A stretch of DNA of 64,000 bases from Eledone cirrhosa (taxonomy: Eukaryota): positions 32,426,001 through 32,490,000 of the forward strand of contig OZ024747.1 in assembly GCA_964016885.1 (NCBI GenBank). The letters run 5' to 3'. Below, piece by piece: positions 1-15,369 of this stretch (position 1 is the first letter of the stretch; each line of letters opens with the position of its first letter). The position numbers and the translations under genes were made by a program. The notes below the pieces were generated by a model. That model ran no database searches. It was not told the DNA's origin and was given only the letters and a program-made list of their open reading frames with translations.

Positions 1-26
1 TTACTGTTGAGAACATAGTATAGTAT

Positions 27-2940
27 TACTGTTGAAAATATATAGTATAGTATTACTGTTGAAAATATATAGTATAGTATTACTGTCGAAAACATAATAT
101 AGTATTACTGTTGAAAATATATAGTATAGTATTACTGTTGAAAAAAAAATATAGTATTACTGTTGAAAATATATAGTATAGTGTAACTGTTGAAAATATA
201 TAGTATAGTATTACTGTTGAAAATATATAGTATAGTATTACTGTTGAAAATATATAGTATAGTATAGTATTATCGTTGAAAATATATAGTACAGTATTAC
301 TGTTGAAAATATATAGTATATTATTACTGTTGAAAATATATAGTATAGTATTACTTGTGGAAATATATAGTACAGTATTACTGTTGAAAATATATAGTAT
401 AGTATTACTGTTGGAAATATATATTACAGTATTACTGTTGAAAATATATAGTATAGTATTACTGTTGAAAATATATAATATAGTATTACTGTTGAAAATA
501 TATAGTATAGTATTACTGTTGAAAACATATAGTATAGTATTACTGTTGAAAATATATAGTATAGTATTACTGTTGAAAATATATAGTATAGTATTACTGT
601 TGGAAATATATAGTAAAGTGTTACTGTTGGAAATATATAGTACAGTATTACTGTTGGAAATATATAGTACAGTATTACTGTTGAAAATATATAGTATAGT
701 ATTACTGTTGAAAAATATAGTATAGTATTACTGTTGAAAATATATAGTATAGTATTACTGTTGAAAATATATAGTATAGTATTACTGTTGAAAATATATA
801 GTATAGTATTACTGTTGAAAATATATAGTATAGTATTACTGTTGGAAATATGTAGTATAGTATTACTGTTGGAAATATATAGTACAGTATTACTGTTGGA
901 AATATATAGTACAGTATTACTGTTGAAAATATATAGTATAGTATTACTGTTGAAAATATATAGTATAGTATTACTGTTGAAAATATATAGTATAGTATTA
1001 CTGTTGAAAATATATAGTATAGTATTACTGTTGAAAATATATAGTATAGTATTACTGTTGAAAATATATAGTATAGTATAGTATTACTGTTGAAAACATA
1101 GTATAGTATTACTGTTGGAAATATATAGTATTACTGTTGAAAATATATGCTATAGTCTTACTGTTGAAAATATATAGTATAGTATTACTGTTGGAAATAT
1201 ATAGTATAGTATTACTGTTTAAAATATATAGTACAGTATTACTGTTGAAAATATATGGTGTAGTATTACTGTTGAAAACATAGTATAGTATTACTGTTCA
1301 AAATATACAGTACAGTATTACCATTGAAAATATATAGTATAGTATTACTGTTGAAAACATAATAGAGTATTACTGTTGAAAATATATAGTACAGTATTAC
1401 TGTTGAAAACATATAGTATAGTATTACTGTTAAAAATATATAGTATAGTATTACTGTTGAAAATATATAGTATAGTACTACTGTTCAAAATATACAGTAC
1501 AGTATTACCATTGAAAATATATAGTATAGTATTACTGTTGAAAATATATAGTATAGTATTACTGTTGGAAATATATAGTACAGTATTACTGTTGAAAATA
1601 TATAGTATAGTATTACTGTTGGAAATATATATTACAGTATTACTGTTGAAAATATATAGTATTGTATTACTGTTGAAAATATATAGTATAGTATTTCTGT
1701 TGAAAATATATAGTATAGTATTACTGTTGAAATCATATAGTATAGTATTACTGTTGAAAATATATAGTATAGTATTACTGTTGAAAATATATAGTATAGT
1801 ATTACTGTTGGAAATATATAGTAAAGTATTACTGTTGGAAATATATAGTACAGTATTACTGTTGGAAATATATAGTACAGTATTACTGTTGAAAATATAT
1901 AGTATAGTATTACTGTTGAAAATATATAGTATAGTATTACTGTTGAAAATATATAGTATAGTATTACTGTTGAAAATATATAGTATAGTATTACTGTTGA
2001 AAATATATAGTATAGTATAGTATTATGGTTGAAAATATATAGTACAGTATTACTGTTGAAAATATATAGTATAGTGTAACTGTTGAAAATATATAGTATA
2101 GTATTACTGTTGAAAACATAGTATAGTATTACTGTTGGAAATATACAGTATAGTATTACTGTTGAAAATATATAGTATAGTATTACTGTTGAAAATATAT
2201 AGTATAGTATTACTGTCGAAAACATAATATAGTATTACTGTTGAAAATATATAGTATATTATTACTGTTGAAAAAAAAATATAGTATTACTGTTGAAAAT
2301 ATATAGTATAGTCTAACTGTTGAAAATATATAGTATAGTATTACTGTTGAAAATATATAGTATAGTATTACTGTTGAAGATATATAGTATAGTATAGTAT
2401 TATCGTTGAAAATATATAGTACAGTATTACTGTTGAAAATATATCGTATAGTATTACTGTTGAAAATATATAGTATAGTATTACTTGTGGAAATATATAG
2501 TACAGTATTACTGTTGAAAATATATAGTATAGTATTACTGTTGGAAATATATATTACAGTATTACTGTTGAAAATATATAGTATAGTATTACTGTTGAAA
2601 ATATATAGTATAGTATTACGGTTGAAAATATATAGTATAGTATTACTGTTGAAAACATATAGTATAGTATTACTGTTGAAAATATATAGTATAGTATTAC
2701 TGTTGAAAATATATAGTATAGTATTACTGTTGGAAATATATAGTAAAGTGTTACTGTTGGAAATATATAGTACAGTATTACTGTTGGAAATATATAGTAC
2801 AGTATTACTGTTGAAAATATATAGTATAGTATTACTGTTGAAAAATATAGTATAGTATTACTGTTGAAAATATATAGTATAGTATTACTGTTGAAAATAT
2901 ATAGTATAGTATTACTGTTGAAAATATATAGTATAGTATT
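27..2940 (+). repeat. Duplicated ~0.8-kb variant block at offset 2130 (about 27-800 vs 2157-2940); further copies at +2760 and then +5090
   Basis: A9 tract at 141/2271/5031/10121. Near-identical 149-aa ORFs start at 276/2406/5166/10256. Confidence 0.85.
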
Positions 2941-2949
2941 ACTTTTGAA

Positions 2950-5900
2950 AATATATAGTATAATATTACTGTTGGAAATATATAGTACAGGATTACTGTT
3001 GGAAATATATAGTACAGTATTACTGTTGAAAATATATAGTATAGTATTACTGTTGAAAATATATAGTATAGTATTACTGTTGAAAATATATAGTATAGTA
3101 TTACTGTTGAAAATATATAGTATAGTATTATTGTTGAAAATATTTAGTATAGTATTACTGTTGAAAATATATAGTATAGTATAGTATTACGGTTGAAAAT
3201 ATATAGTACAGTATTACTGTTGAAAATATATAGTATAGTGTAACTGTTGAAAATATGTAGTATAGTATTACTGTTGAAAACATAGTATAGTATTACTGTT
3301 GGAAATATATAGTATTACTGGTGAAAATATATGCTATAGTATTACTGTTGAAAATATATAGTATAGTATTACTGTTGGAAATATATAGTATAGTATTACT
3401 GTTTAAAATATATAGTACAGTATTACTGTTGAAAATATATGGTGTAGTATTACTGTTGAAAACATAGTATAGTATTACTGTTCAAAATATACAGTACAGT
3501 ATTACCGTTGAAAATATATAGTATAGTATTACTGTTGAAAACATAATATAGTATTACTGTTGAAAATATATAGTACAGTATTACTGTTGAAAACATATAG
3601 TATAGTATTACTGTTAAAAATATATAGTATAGTATTACTGTTGAAAATATATAGTATAGTACTACTGTTGAAAATATATAGTATAGTATAGTACTACTGT
3701 TGAAAATATATAGTATAGTATTACAGTTGAAAGTATATAGTATAGTATTACTGTTGAAAATATATAGTATAGTATAGTATTATCGTTGAAAATATATAGT
3801 ACAGTATTACTGTTGAAAATATATAGTATAGTATTACTGTTGAAAATATATAGTATAGTATTACTGTTGGAAATATATAGTACAGTATTACTGTTGAAAA
3901 TATATAGTATAGTATTACTGTTGGAAATATATATTACAGTATTACTGTTGAAAATATATAGTATAGTATTACTGTTGAAAATATATAGTATAGTATTACT
4001 GTTGAAAATATATAGTATAGTATTACTGTTGAAAATATACAGTATAGTATTACTGTTGAAAATATATAGTATAGTATTACAGTTGAAAGTATATAGTATA
4101 GTATTACTGTTGAAAATATATAGTATAGTATAGTATTATAGTTGAAAATATATTGTACAGTATTACTGTTGAAAATATATCGTATAGTATTACTGTTGAA
4201 AATATATAGTATAGTATTACTGTTGGAAATATATAGTACAGTATTACTGTTGAAAATATATAGTATAGTATTACTGTTGAAAATATATATTATAGTATTA
4301 CTGTTGAAAATATATAGTATAGTATTACTATTGAAAATATATAGTACAGTATTACTGTTGAAAATATATAGTACAGTATTACTGTTGGAAATATATATTA
4401 TTACTGTTGAAAACATATAGTATAGTATTACTGTTGAAAATATATAGTATAGTATTACTGTTGAAAATATTTAGTATAGTATTACTGTTGAAAATATATA
4501 GTATCGTATTACTATTGAAAATATATAGTACAGTATTACTGTTGAAAATATATAGTACAGTATGACTGTTGGAAATATATAGTACAGTATTAATGTTGAA
4601 AATATATAGTATAGTATTACTGTTGAAAATATATAGTTTAGTATTACTGTTGAAAATATATAGTATAGTATTACTATTGGAAATATATAGTACAGTATTA
4701 CTGTTTGAAATATATAATACTGTATTGTTGTTGAAAATATATAGTATGGTATTACTGTTGAAAATATATAGTATAGTATAGTATACGGTTGAAAATATAT
4801 AGTACAGTATTACTGTTGAAAATATATAGTATAGTGTAACTGTTGAAAATATATAGTATAGTATTACTGTTGAAAACATAGTATAGTATTACTGTTGGAA
4901 ATATACAGTATAGTATTACTGTTGAAAATATATAGTATAGTATTACTGTTGAAAATATATAGTATAGTATTACTGTCGAAAACATAATATAGTATTACTG
5001 TTGAAAATATATAGTATAGTATTACTGTTGAAAAAAAAATATAGTATTACTGTTGAAAATATATAGTATAGTCTAACTGTTGAAAATATATAGTATAGTA
5101 TTACTGTTGAAAATATATAGTATAGTATTACTGTTGAAGATATATAGTATAGTATAGTATTATCGTTGAAAATATATAGTACAGTATTACTGTTGAAAAT
5201 ATATCGTATAGTATTACTGTTGAAAATATATAGTATAGTATTACTTGTGGAAATATATAGTACAGTATTACTGTTGAAAATATATAGTATAGTATTACTG
5301 TTGGAAATATATATTACAGTATTACTGTTGAAAATATATAGTATAGTATTACTGTTGAAAATATATAGTATAGTATTACGGTTGAAAATATATAGTATAG
5401 TATTACTGTTGAAAACATATAGTATAGTATTACTGTTGAAAATATATAGTATAGTATTACTGTTGAAAATATATAGTATAGTATTACTGTTGGAAATATA
5501 TAGTAAAGTGTTACTGTTGGAAATATATAGTACAGTATTACTGTTGGAAATATATAGTACAGTATTACTGTTGAAAATATATAGTATAGTATTACTGTTG
5601 AAAAATATAGTATAGTATTACTGTTGAAAATATATAGTATAGTATTACTGTTGAAAATATATAGTATAGTATTACTGTTGAAAATATATAGTATAGTATT
5701 ACTTTTGAAAATATATAGTATAGTATTACTGTTGGAAATATGTAGTATAGTATTACTGTTGGAAATATATAGTACAGTATTACTGTTGGAAATATATAGT
5801 ACAGTATTACTGTTGAAAATATATAGTATAGTATTACTGTTGAAAATATATAGTATAGTATTACTGTTGAAAATATATAGTATAGTATTACTGTTGAAAA

Positions 5901-8900
5901 TATATAATATAGTATTACTGTTGAAAATATATAGTATAGTATAGTATTACTGTTGAAAACATAGTATAGTATTACTGTTGGAAATATATAGTATTACTGT
6001 TGAAAATATATGCTATAGTATTACTGTTGAAAATATATAGTATAGTATTACTGTTGGAAATATATAGTATAGTATTACTGTTTAAAATATATAGTACAGT
6101 ATTACTGTTGAAAACATATGGTGTAGTATTACTGTTGAAAACATAGTATAGTATTACTGTTCAAAATATACAGTACAGTATTACCATTGAAAATATATAG
6201 TACAGTATTACTGTTGAAAACATATAGTATAGTATTACTGTTAAAAATATATAGTATAGTATTACTGTTGAAAATATATAGTATAGTACTACTGTTGAAA
6301 ATATATAGTATAGTATAGTACCACTGTTGAAAATATATAGTATAGTATTACTGTTGAAAATATATAGTATAGTATTACTGTTGGAAATATATAGTACAGT
6401 ATTACTGTTGAAAATATATAGTATAGTATTACTGTTGGAAATATATATTACAGTATTACTGTTGAAAATATATAGTATAGTATTACTGTTGAAAATATAT
6501 AGTATAGTATTTCTGTTGAAAATATATAGTATAGTATTACTGTTGGAAATATATAGTAAAGTGTTACTGTTGGAAATATATAGTACAGTATTACTGTTGG
6601 AAATATATAGTACAGTATTACTGTTGAAAATATATAGTATAGTATTACTGTTGAAAATATATAGTATAGTATTACTGTTGAAAATATATAGTATAGTATT
6701 ACTGTTGAAAATATATAGTATAGTATAGTATTATGGTTGAAAATATATAGTACAGTATTACTGTTGAAAATATATAGTACAGTATTACCGTTGAAAATAT
6801 AGAGTATAGTATTGCTGTTGAAAACATAATATAGTATTACTGTTGAAAATATATAGTATAGTATTTCTGTTGAAAATATATAGTATAGTATTACTGTTGA
6901 AATCATATAGTATAGTATTACTGTTGAAAATATATAGTATAGTATTACTGTTGAAAATATATAGTATAGTATTACTGTTGGAAATATATAGTAAAGTATT
7001 ACTGTTGGAAATATATAGTACAGTATTACTGTTGGAAATATATAGTACAGTATTACTGTTGAAAATATATAGTATAGTATTACTGTTGAAAATATATAGT
7101 ATAGTATTACTGTTGAAAATATATAGTATAGTATTACTGTTGAAAATATATAGTATAGTATTACTGTTGAAAATATATAGTATAGTATAGTATTATGGTT
7201 GAAAATATATAGTACAGTATTACTGTTGAAAATATATAGTATAGTGTAACTGTTGAAAATATATAGTATAGTATTACTGTTGAAAACATAGTATAGTATT
7301 ACTGTTGGAAATATATAGTATAGTATTACTGTTGAAAATATATGCTATAGTATTACTGTTGAAAATATATAGTATAGTATTCCTGTTGGAAATATATAGT
7401 ATAGTATTACTGTTTAAAATATATAGTACAGTATTACTGTTGAAAATATATGGTGTAGTATTACTCTTGAAAACATAGCATAGTATTACTGTTCAAAATA
7501 TACAGAACAGTATTACCGTTGAAAATATAGAGTATAGTATTGCTGTTGAAAACATAATATAGTATTACTGTTGAAAATATATAGTACAGTATTACTGTTG
7601 AAAACATATAGTATAGTATTACTGTTAAAAATATATAGTATAGTATTACTGTTGAAAATATATAGTATAGTACTACTGTTGAAAATATATAGTATAGTAT
7701 AGTACTATTGTTGAAAATATATAGTATAGTATTACAGTTGAAAGTATATAGTATAGTATTACTGTTGAAAATATATAGTATAGTATAGTATTATCGTTGA
7801 AAATATATAGTACTGTATTACTGTTGAAAATATATAGTGTAGTATTACTGTTGAAAATATATAGTATAGTATTACTGTTGGAAATATATAGTACAGTATT
7901 ACTGTTGAAAATATATAGTATAGTATTACTGTTGAAAATATATAGTACAGTATTACTGTTGGAAATATATAGTATTACTGTTGAAAACATATAGTATAGT
8001 ATTACTGTTGAAAATATATAGTATAGTATTACTGTTGAAAATGTATAGTATAGTATTACTGTTGAAAATATATAGTATAGTATTACTGTTGGAAATATAT
8101 AGTATAATATTACTGTTGGAAATATATAGTACAGTATTACTGTTGGAAATATATAGTACAGTATTACTGTTGAAAATATATAGTATAGTATTACTGTTGA
8201 AAATATATAGTATAGTATTACTGTTGAAAATATATAGTATAGTATTACTGTTGAAAATATATAGTATAGTATTATTGTTGAAAATATTTAGTATAGTATT
8301 ACTGTTGAAAATATATAGTATAGTATAGTATTACGGTTGAAAATATATAGTACAGTATTACTGTTGAAAATATATAGTATAGTGTAACTGTTGAAAATAT
8401 GTAGTATAGTATTACTGTTGAAAACATAGTATAGTATTACTGTTGGAAATATATAGTATTACTGGTGAAAATATATGCTATAGTATTACTGTTGAAAATA
8501 TATAGTATAGTATTACTGTTGGAAATATATAGTATAGTATTACTGTTTAAAATATATAGTACAGTATTACTGTTGAAAATATATGGTGTAGTATTACTGT
8601 TGAAAACATAGTATAGTATTACTGTTCAAAATATACAGTACAGTATTACCGTTGAAAATATATAGTATAGTATTACTGTTGAAAACATAATATAGTATTA
8701 CTGTTGAAAATATATAGTACAGTATTACTGTTGAAAACATATAGTATAGTATTACTGTTAAAAATATATAGTATAGTATTACTGTTGAAAATATATAGTA
8801 TAGTACTACTGTTGAAAATATATAGTATAGTATAGTACTACTGTTGAAAATATATAGTATAGTATTACAGTTGAAAGTATATAGTATAGTATTACTGTTG

Positions 8901-11900
8901 AAAATATATAGTATTGTATAGTATTATCGTTGAAAATATATAGTACAGTATTACTGTTGAAAATATATAGTATAGTATTACTGTTGAAAATATATAGTAT
9001 AGTATTACTGTTGGAAATATATAGTACAGTATTACTGTTGAAAATATATAGTATAGTATTACTGTTGGAAATATATATTACAGTATTACTGTTGAAAATA
9101 TATAGTATAGTATTACTGTTGAAAATATATAGTATAGTATTACTGTTGAAAATATATAGTATAGTATTACTGTTGAAAATATACAGTATAGTATTACTGT
9201 TGAAAATATATAGTATAGTATTACAGTTGAAAGTATATAGTATAGTATTACTGTTGAAAATATATAGTATAGTATAGTATTATGGTTGAAAATATATAGT
9301 ACAGTATTACTGTTGAAAATATATCGTATAGTATTACTGTTGAAAATATATAGTATAGTATTACTGTTGGAAATATATAGTACAGTATTACTGTTGAAAA
9401 TATATAGTATAGTATTACTGTTGAAAATATATATTATAGTATTACTGTTGAAAATATATAGTATAGTATTACTATTGAAAATATATAGTACAGTATTACT
9501 GTTGAAAATATATAGTACAGTATTACTGTTGGAAATATATATTATTACTGTTGAAAACATATAGTATAGTATTACTGTTGAAAATATATAGTATAGTATT
9601 ACTGTTGAAAATATTTAGTATAGTATTACTGTTGAAAATATATAGTATCGTATTACTATTGAAAATATATAGTACAGTATTACTGTTGAAAATATATAGT
9701 ACAGTATGACTGTTGGAAATATATAGTACAGTATTAATGTTGAAAATATATAGTATAGTATTACTGTTGAAAATATATAGTTTAGTATTACTGTTGAAAA
9801 TATATAGTATAGTATTACTATTGGAAATATATAGTACAGTATTACTGTTTGAAATATATAATACTGTATTGTTGTTGAAAATATATAGTATGGTATTACT
9901 GTTGAAAATATATAGTATAGTATAGTATACGGTTGAAAATATATAGTACAGTATTACTGTTGAAAACATAGTATAGTATTACTGTTGGAAATATACAGTA
10001 TAGTATTACTGTTGAAAATATATAGTATAGTATTACTGTTGAAAATATATAGTATAGTATTACTGTCGAAAACATAATATAGTATTACTGTTGAAAATAT
10101 ATAGTATAGTATTACTGTTGAAAAAAAAATATAGTATTACTGTTGAAAATATATAGTATAGTCTAACTGTTGAAAATATATAGTATAGTATTACTGTTGA
10201 AAATATATAGTATAGTATTACTGTTGAAGATATATAGTATAGTATAGTATTATCGTTGAAAATATATAGTACAGTATTACTGTTGAAAATATATCGTATA
10301 GTATTACTGTTGAAAATATATAGTATAGTATTACTTGTGGAAATATATAGTACAGTATTACTGTTGAAAATATATAGTATAGTATTACTGTTGGAAATAT
10401 ATATTACAGTATTACTGTTGAAAATATATAGTATAGTATTACTGTTGAAAATATATAGTATAGTATTACGGTTGAAAATATATAGTATAGTATTACTGTT
10501 GAAAACATATAGTATAGTATTACTGTTGAAAATATATAGTATAGTATTACTGTTGAAAATATATAGTATAGTATTACTGTTGGAAATATATAGTAAAGTG
10601 TTACTGTTGGAAATATATAGTACAGTATTACTGTTGGAAATATATAGTACAGTATTACTGTTGAAAATATATAGTATAGTATTACTGTTGAAAAATATAG
10701 TATAGTATTACTGTTGAAAATATATAGTATAGTATTACTGTTGAAAATATATAGTATAGTATTACTGTTGAAAATATATAGTATAGTATTACTTTTGAAA
10801 ATATATAGTATAGTATTACTGTTGGAAATATGTAGTATAGTATTACTGTTGGAAATATATAGTACAGTATTACTGTTGGAAATATATAGTAGAGTATTAC
10901 TGTTGAAAATATATAGTATAGTATTACTGTTGAAAATATATAGTATAGTATTACTGTTGAAAATATATAGTATAGTATTACTGTTGAAAATATATAATAT
11001 AGTATTACTGTTGAAAATATATAGTATAGTATAGTATTACTGTTGAAAACATAGTATAGTATTACTGTTGGAAATATATAGTATTACTGTTGAAAATATA
11101 TGCTATAGTATTACTGTTGAAAATATATAGTATAGTATTACTGTTGGAAATATATAGTATAGTATTACTGTTTAAAATATATAGTACAGTATTACTGTTG
11201 AAAACATATGTTGTAGTATTACTGTTGAAAATATAGTATAGTATTACTGTTCAAAATATACAGTACAGTATTACCATTGAAAATATATAGTATAGTATTA
11301 CTGTTGAAAACATAATAGAGTATTACTGTTGAAAATATATAGTACAGTATTACTGTTGAAAACATATAGTATAGTATTACTGTTAAAAATATATAGTATA
11401 GTATTACTGTTGAAAATATATAGTATAGTACTACTGTTGAAAATATATAGTATAGTATAGTACCACTGTTGAAAATATATAGTATAGTATTACTGTTGAA
11501 AATATATAGTATAGTATTACTGTTGGAAACATATAGTACAGTATTACTGTTGAAAATATATAGTATAGTATTACTGTTGGAAATATATATTACAGTATTA
11601 CTGTTGAAAATATATAGTATAGTATTACTGTTGAAAATATATAGTATAGTATTTCTGTTGAAAATATATAGTATAGTATTACTGTTGAAATCATATAGTA
11701 TAGTATTACTGTTGAAAATATATAATATAGTATTACTGTTGAAAATATATAGTATAGTATTACTGTTGGAAATATATAGTAAAGTATTACTGTTGGAAAT
11801 ATATAGTACAGTATTACTGTTGGAAATATATAGTACAGTATTACTGTTGAAAATATATAGTATAGTATTACTGTTGAAAATATATAGTATAGTATTACTG

Positions 11901-13030
11901 TTGAAAATATATAGTATAGTATTACTGTTGAAAATATATAGTATAGTATTACTGTTGAAAATATATAGTATAGTATAGTATTATGGTTGAAAATATATAG
12001 TACAGTATTACTGTTGAAAATATATAGTATAGTGTAACTGTTGAAAATATATAGTATAGTATTACTGTTGAAAACAAGGTATAGTATTACTGTTGAAAAT
12101 ATATAGTATAGTATTACTGTTGAAAATATATGCTATAGTATTACTGTTGAAAATATATAGTATAGTATTCCTGTTGGAAATATATAGTATAGTATTACTG
12201 TTTAAAATATATAGTACAGTATTACTGTTGAAAATATATGGTGTAGTATTACTCTTGAAAACATAGCATAGTATTACTGTTCAAAATATACAGAACAGTA
12301 TTACCGTTGAAAATATAGAGTATAGTATTGCTGTTGAAAACATAATATAGTATTACTGTTGAAAATATATAGTACAGTATTACTGTTGAAAACATATAGT
12401 ATAATATTACTCTTAAAAATATATAGTATAGTATTACTGTTGAAAATATATAGTATAGTACTACTGTTGAAAATATATAGTATAGTACAGTACTATTGTT
12501 GAAAATATATAGTATAGTATTACAGTTGAAAGTATATAGTATAGTATTACTGTTGAAAATATATAGTATAGTATAGTATTATCGTTGAAAATATATAGTA
12601 CAGTATTACTGTTGAAAATATATAGTGTAGTATTACTGTTGAAAATATATAGTATAGTATTACTGTTGGAAATATATAGTACAGTATTACTGTTGAAAAT
12701 ATATAGTATAGTATTACTGTTGAAAATATATTGTACAGTATTACTGTTGGAAATATATAGTATTACTGTTGAAAACATATAGTATAGTATTACTGTTGAA
12801 AATATATAGTATAGTATTACTGTTGAAAATGTATAGTATAGTATTACTGTTGAAAATATATAGTATAGTATTACTGTTGGAAATATATAGTATAATATTA
12901 CTGTTGGAAATATATAGTACAGTATTACTGTTGGAAATATATAGTACAGTATTACTGTTGAAAATATATAGTATAGTATTACTGTTGAAAATATATAGTA
13001 TAGTATTATTGTTGAAAATATTTAGTATAG
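2950..13030 (+). repeat. Two tandem copies of a ~5.1-kb higher-order unit (offsets 5144, 5090, 5142, 4788 as internal monomer blocks differ)
   Basis: ORF pairs 3786/8930, 4142/9286 and 4569/9713 (5144), 5166/10256 and 5624/10714 (5090), 6327/11469 (5142), 7797/12585 (4788). CTGGTGAAA at 3318 and 8462. Confidence 0.85.
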
Positions 13031-15369
13031 TATTACTGTTGGAAATATATAGTATAGTATTACTGTTGAAAACATAGTATAGTATTACTGTTGGAAATAT
13101 ACAGTATAGTATTACTGTTGAAAATATATGGTATAGTATTACTGTTTAAAATATATAGTATAGTATTACTGCTGAAAATATATAGTACAGTATTACTGTT
13201 GAAAATATATAGTATAGTATTACTATCGAAAACATAATATAGCATTACTGTTGAAAATATATAGTACAGTATTACTGTTGAAAACATATATTATAGTATT
13301 ACTGTTAAAAATATATAGTATATTTTTACCATTGAAAATATATAGTATAGTATAGTACTACTGTTGAAAATATATAGTATTGTATTACTGTTGAAAACAT
13401 ATAGTATAGTATTACTGTTGAAAATATATAGTACAATATTACTGTTGAAAATATATAGTACAGTATTACTGTTGAAAATATATAGTATAGTATTACTGTT
13501 GAAAATATATAGTATAGTATTACTGTTGAAATCATATAGTATAGTATTACTGTTGAAAATATATAATATAGTATTACTGTTGAAAATATATAGTATAGTA
13601 TTACTGTTGGAAATATATAGTAAAGTATTACTGTTGGAAATATATAGTACAGTATTACTGTTGGAAATATATAGTACAGTATTACTGTTGAAAATATATA
13701 GTATAGTATTACTGTTGAAAATATATAGTATAGTATTACTGTTGAAAATATATAGTATAGTATTACTGTTGAAAATATATAGTATAGTATTACTGTTGAA
13801 AATATATAGTATAGTATAGTATTATGGTTGAAAATATATAGTACAGTATTACTGTTGAAAATATATAGTATAGTGTAACTGTTGAAAATATATAGTATAG
13901 TATTACTGTTGAAAACAAGGTATAGTATTACTGTTGAAAATATATAGTATAGTATTACTGTTGAAAATATATGCTATAGTATTACTGTTGAAAATATATA
14001 GTATAGTATTCCTGTTGGAAATATATAGTATAGTATTACTGTTTAAAATATATAGTACAGTATTACTGTTGAAAATATATGGTGTAGTATTACTCTTGAA
14101 AACATAGCATAGTATTACTGTTCAAAATATACAGAACAGTATTACCGTTGAAAATATAGAGTATAGTATTGCTGTTGAAAACATAATATAGTATTACTGT
14201 TGAAAATATATAGTACAGTATTACTGTTGAAAACATATAGTATAATATTACTCTTAAAAATATATAGTATAGTATTACTGTTGAAAATATATAGTATAGT
14301 ACTACTGTTGAAAATATATAGTATAGTATAGTACTATTGTTGAAAATATATAGTATAGTATTACAGTTGAAAGTATATAGTATAGTATTACTGTTGAAAA
14401 TATATAGTATAGTATAGTATTATCGTTGAAAATATATAGTACAGTATTACTGTTGAAAATATATAGTGTAGTATTACTGTTGAAAATATATAGTATAGTA
14501 TTACTGTTGGAAATATATAGTACAGTATTACTGTTGAAAATATATAGTATAGTATTACTGTTGAAAATATATAGTACAGTATTACTGTTGGAAATATATA
14601 GTATTACTGTTGAAAACATATAGTATAGTATTACTGTTGAAAATATATAGTATAGTATTACTGTTGAAAATGTATAGTATAGTATTACTGTTGAAAATAT
14701 ATAGTATAGTATTACTGTTGGAAATATATAGTATAATATTACTGTTGGAAATATATAGTACAGTATTACTGTTGGAAATATATAGTACAGTATTACTGTT
14801 GAAAATATATAGTATAGTATTACTGTTGAAAATATATAGTATAGTATTATTGTTGAAAATATTTAGTATAGTATTACTGTTGGAAATATATAGTATAGTA
14901 TTACTGTTGAAAACATAGTATAGTATTACTGTTGGAAATATACAGTATAGTATTACTGTTGAAAATATATGGTATAGTATTACTGTTTAAAATATATAGT
15001 ATAGTATTACTGCTGAAAATATATAGTACAGTATTACTGTTGAAAATATATAGTATAGTATTACTATCGAAAACATAATATAGCATTACTGTTGAAAATA
15101 TATAGTACAGTATTACTGTTGAAAACATATATTATAGTATTACTGTTAAAAATATATAGTATATTTTTACCATTGAAAATATATAGTATAGTATAGTACT
15201 ACTGTTGAAAATATATAGTATTGTATTACTGTTGAAAACATATAGTATAGTATTACTGTTGAAAATATATAGTACAATATTACTGTTGAAAATATATAGT
15301 ACAGTATTACTGTTGAAAATATATAGTATAGTATTACTGTTGAAAATATATAGTATAGTATTACTGTTG
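11655..15369 (+). repeat. Recent tandem duplication, period 1841 bp
   Basis: ORF pairs 12461/14302, 12585/14426, 12769/14610 and 13060/14901. Private markers AAAACAAGGTATAG (12071/13912) and TATATTTTTACCATTG (about 13319/15160). Confidence 0.9.

Noticed and set aside
272-330. LexA/SOS-box-like TACTGT...ACAGTA
   Set aside because: The canonical box is CTGT-N8-ACAG, whereas the spacing here is N14 (or N9 were it in a 22-mer), and there is no bacterial gene context.
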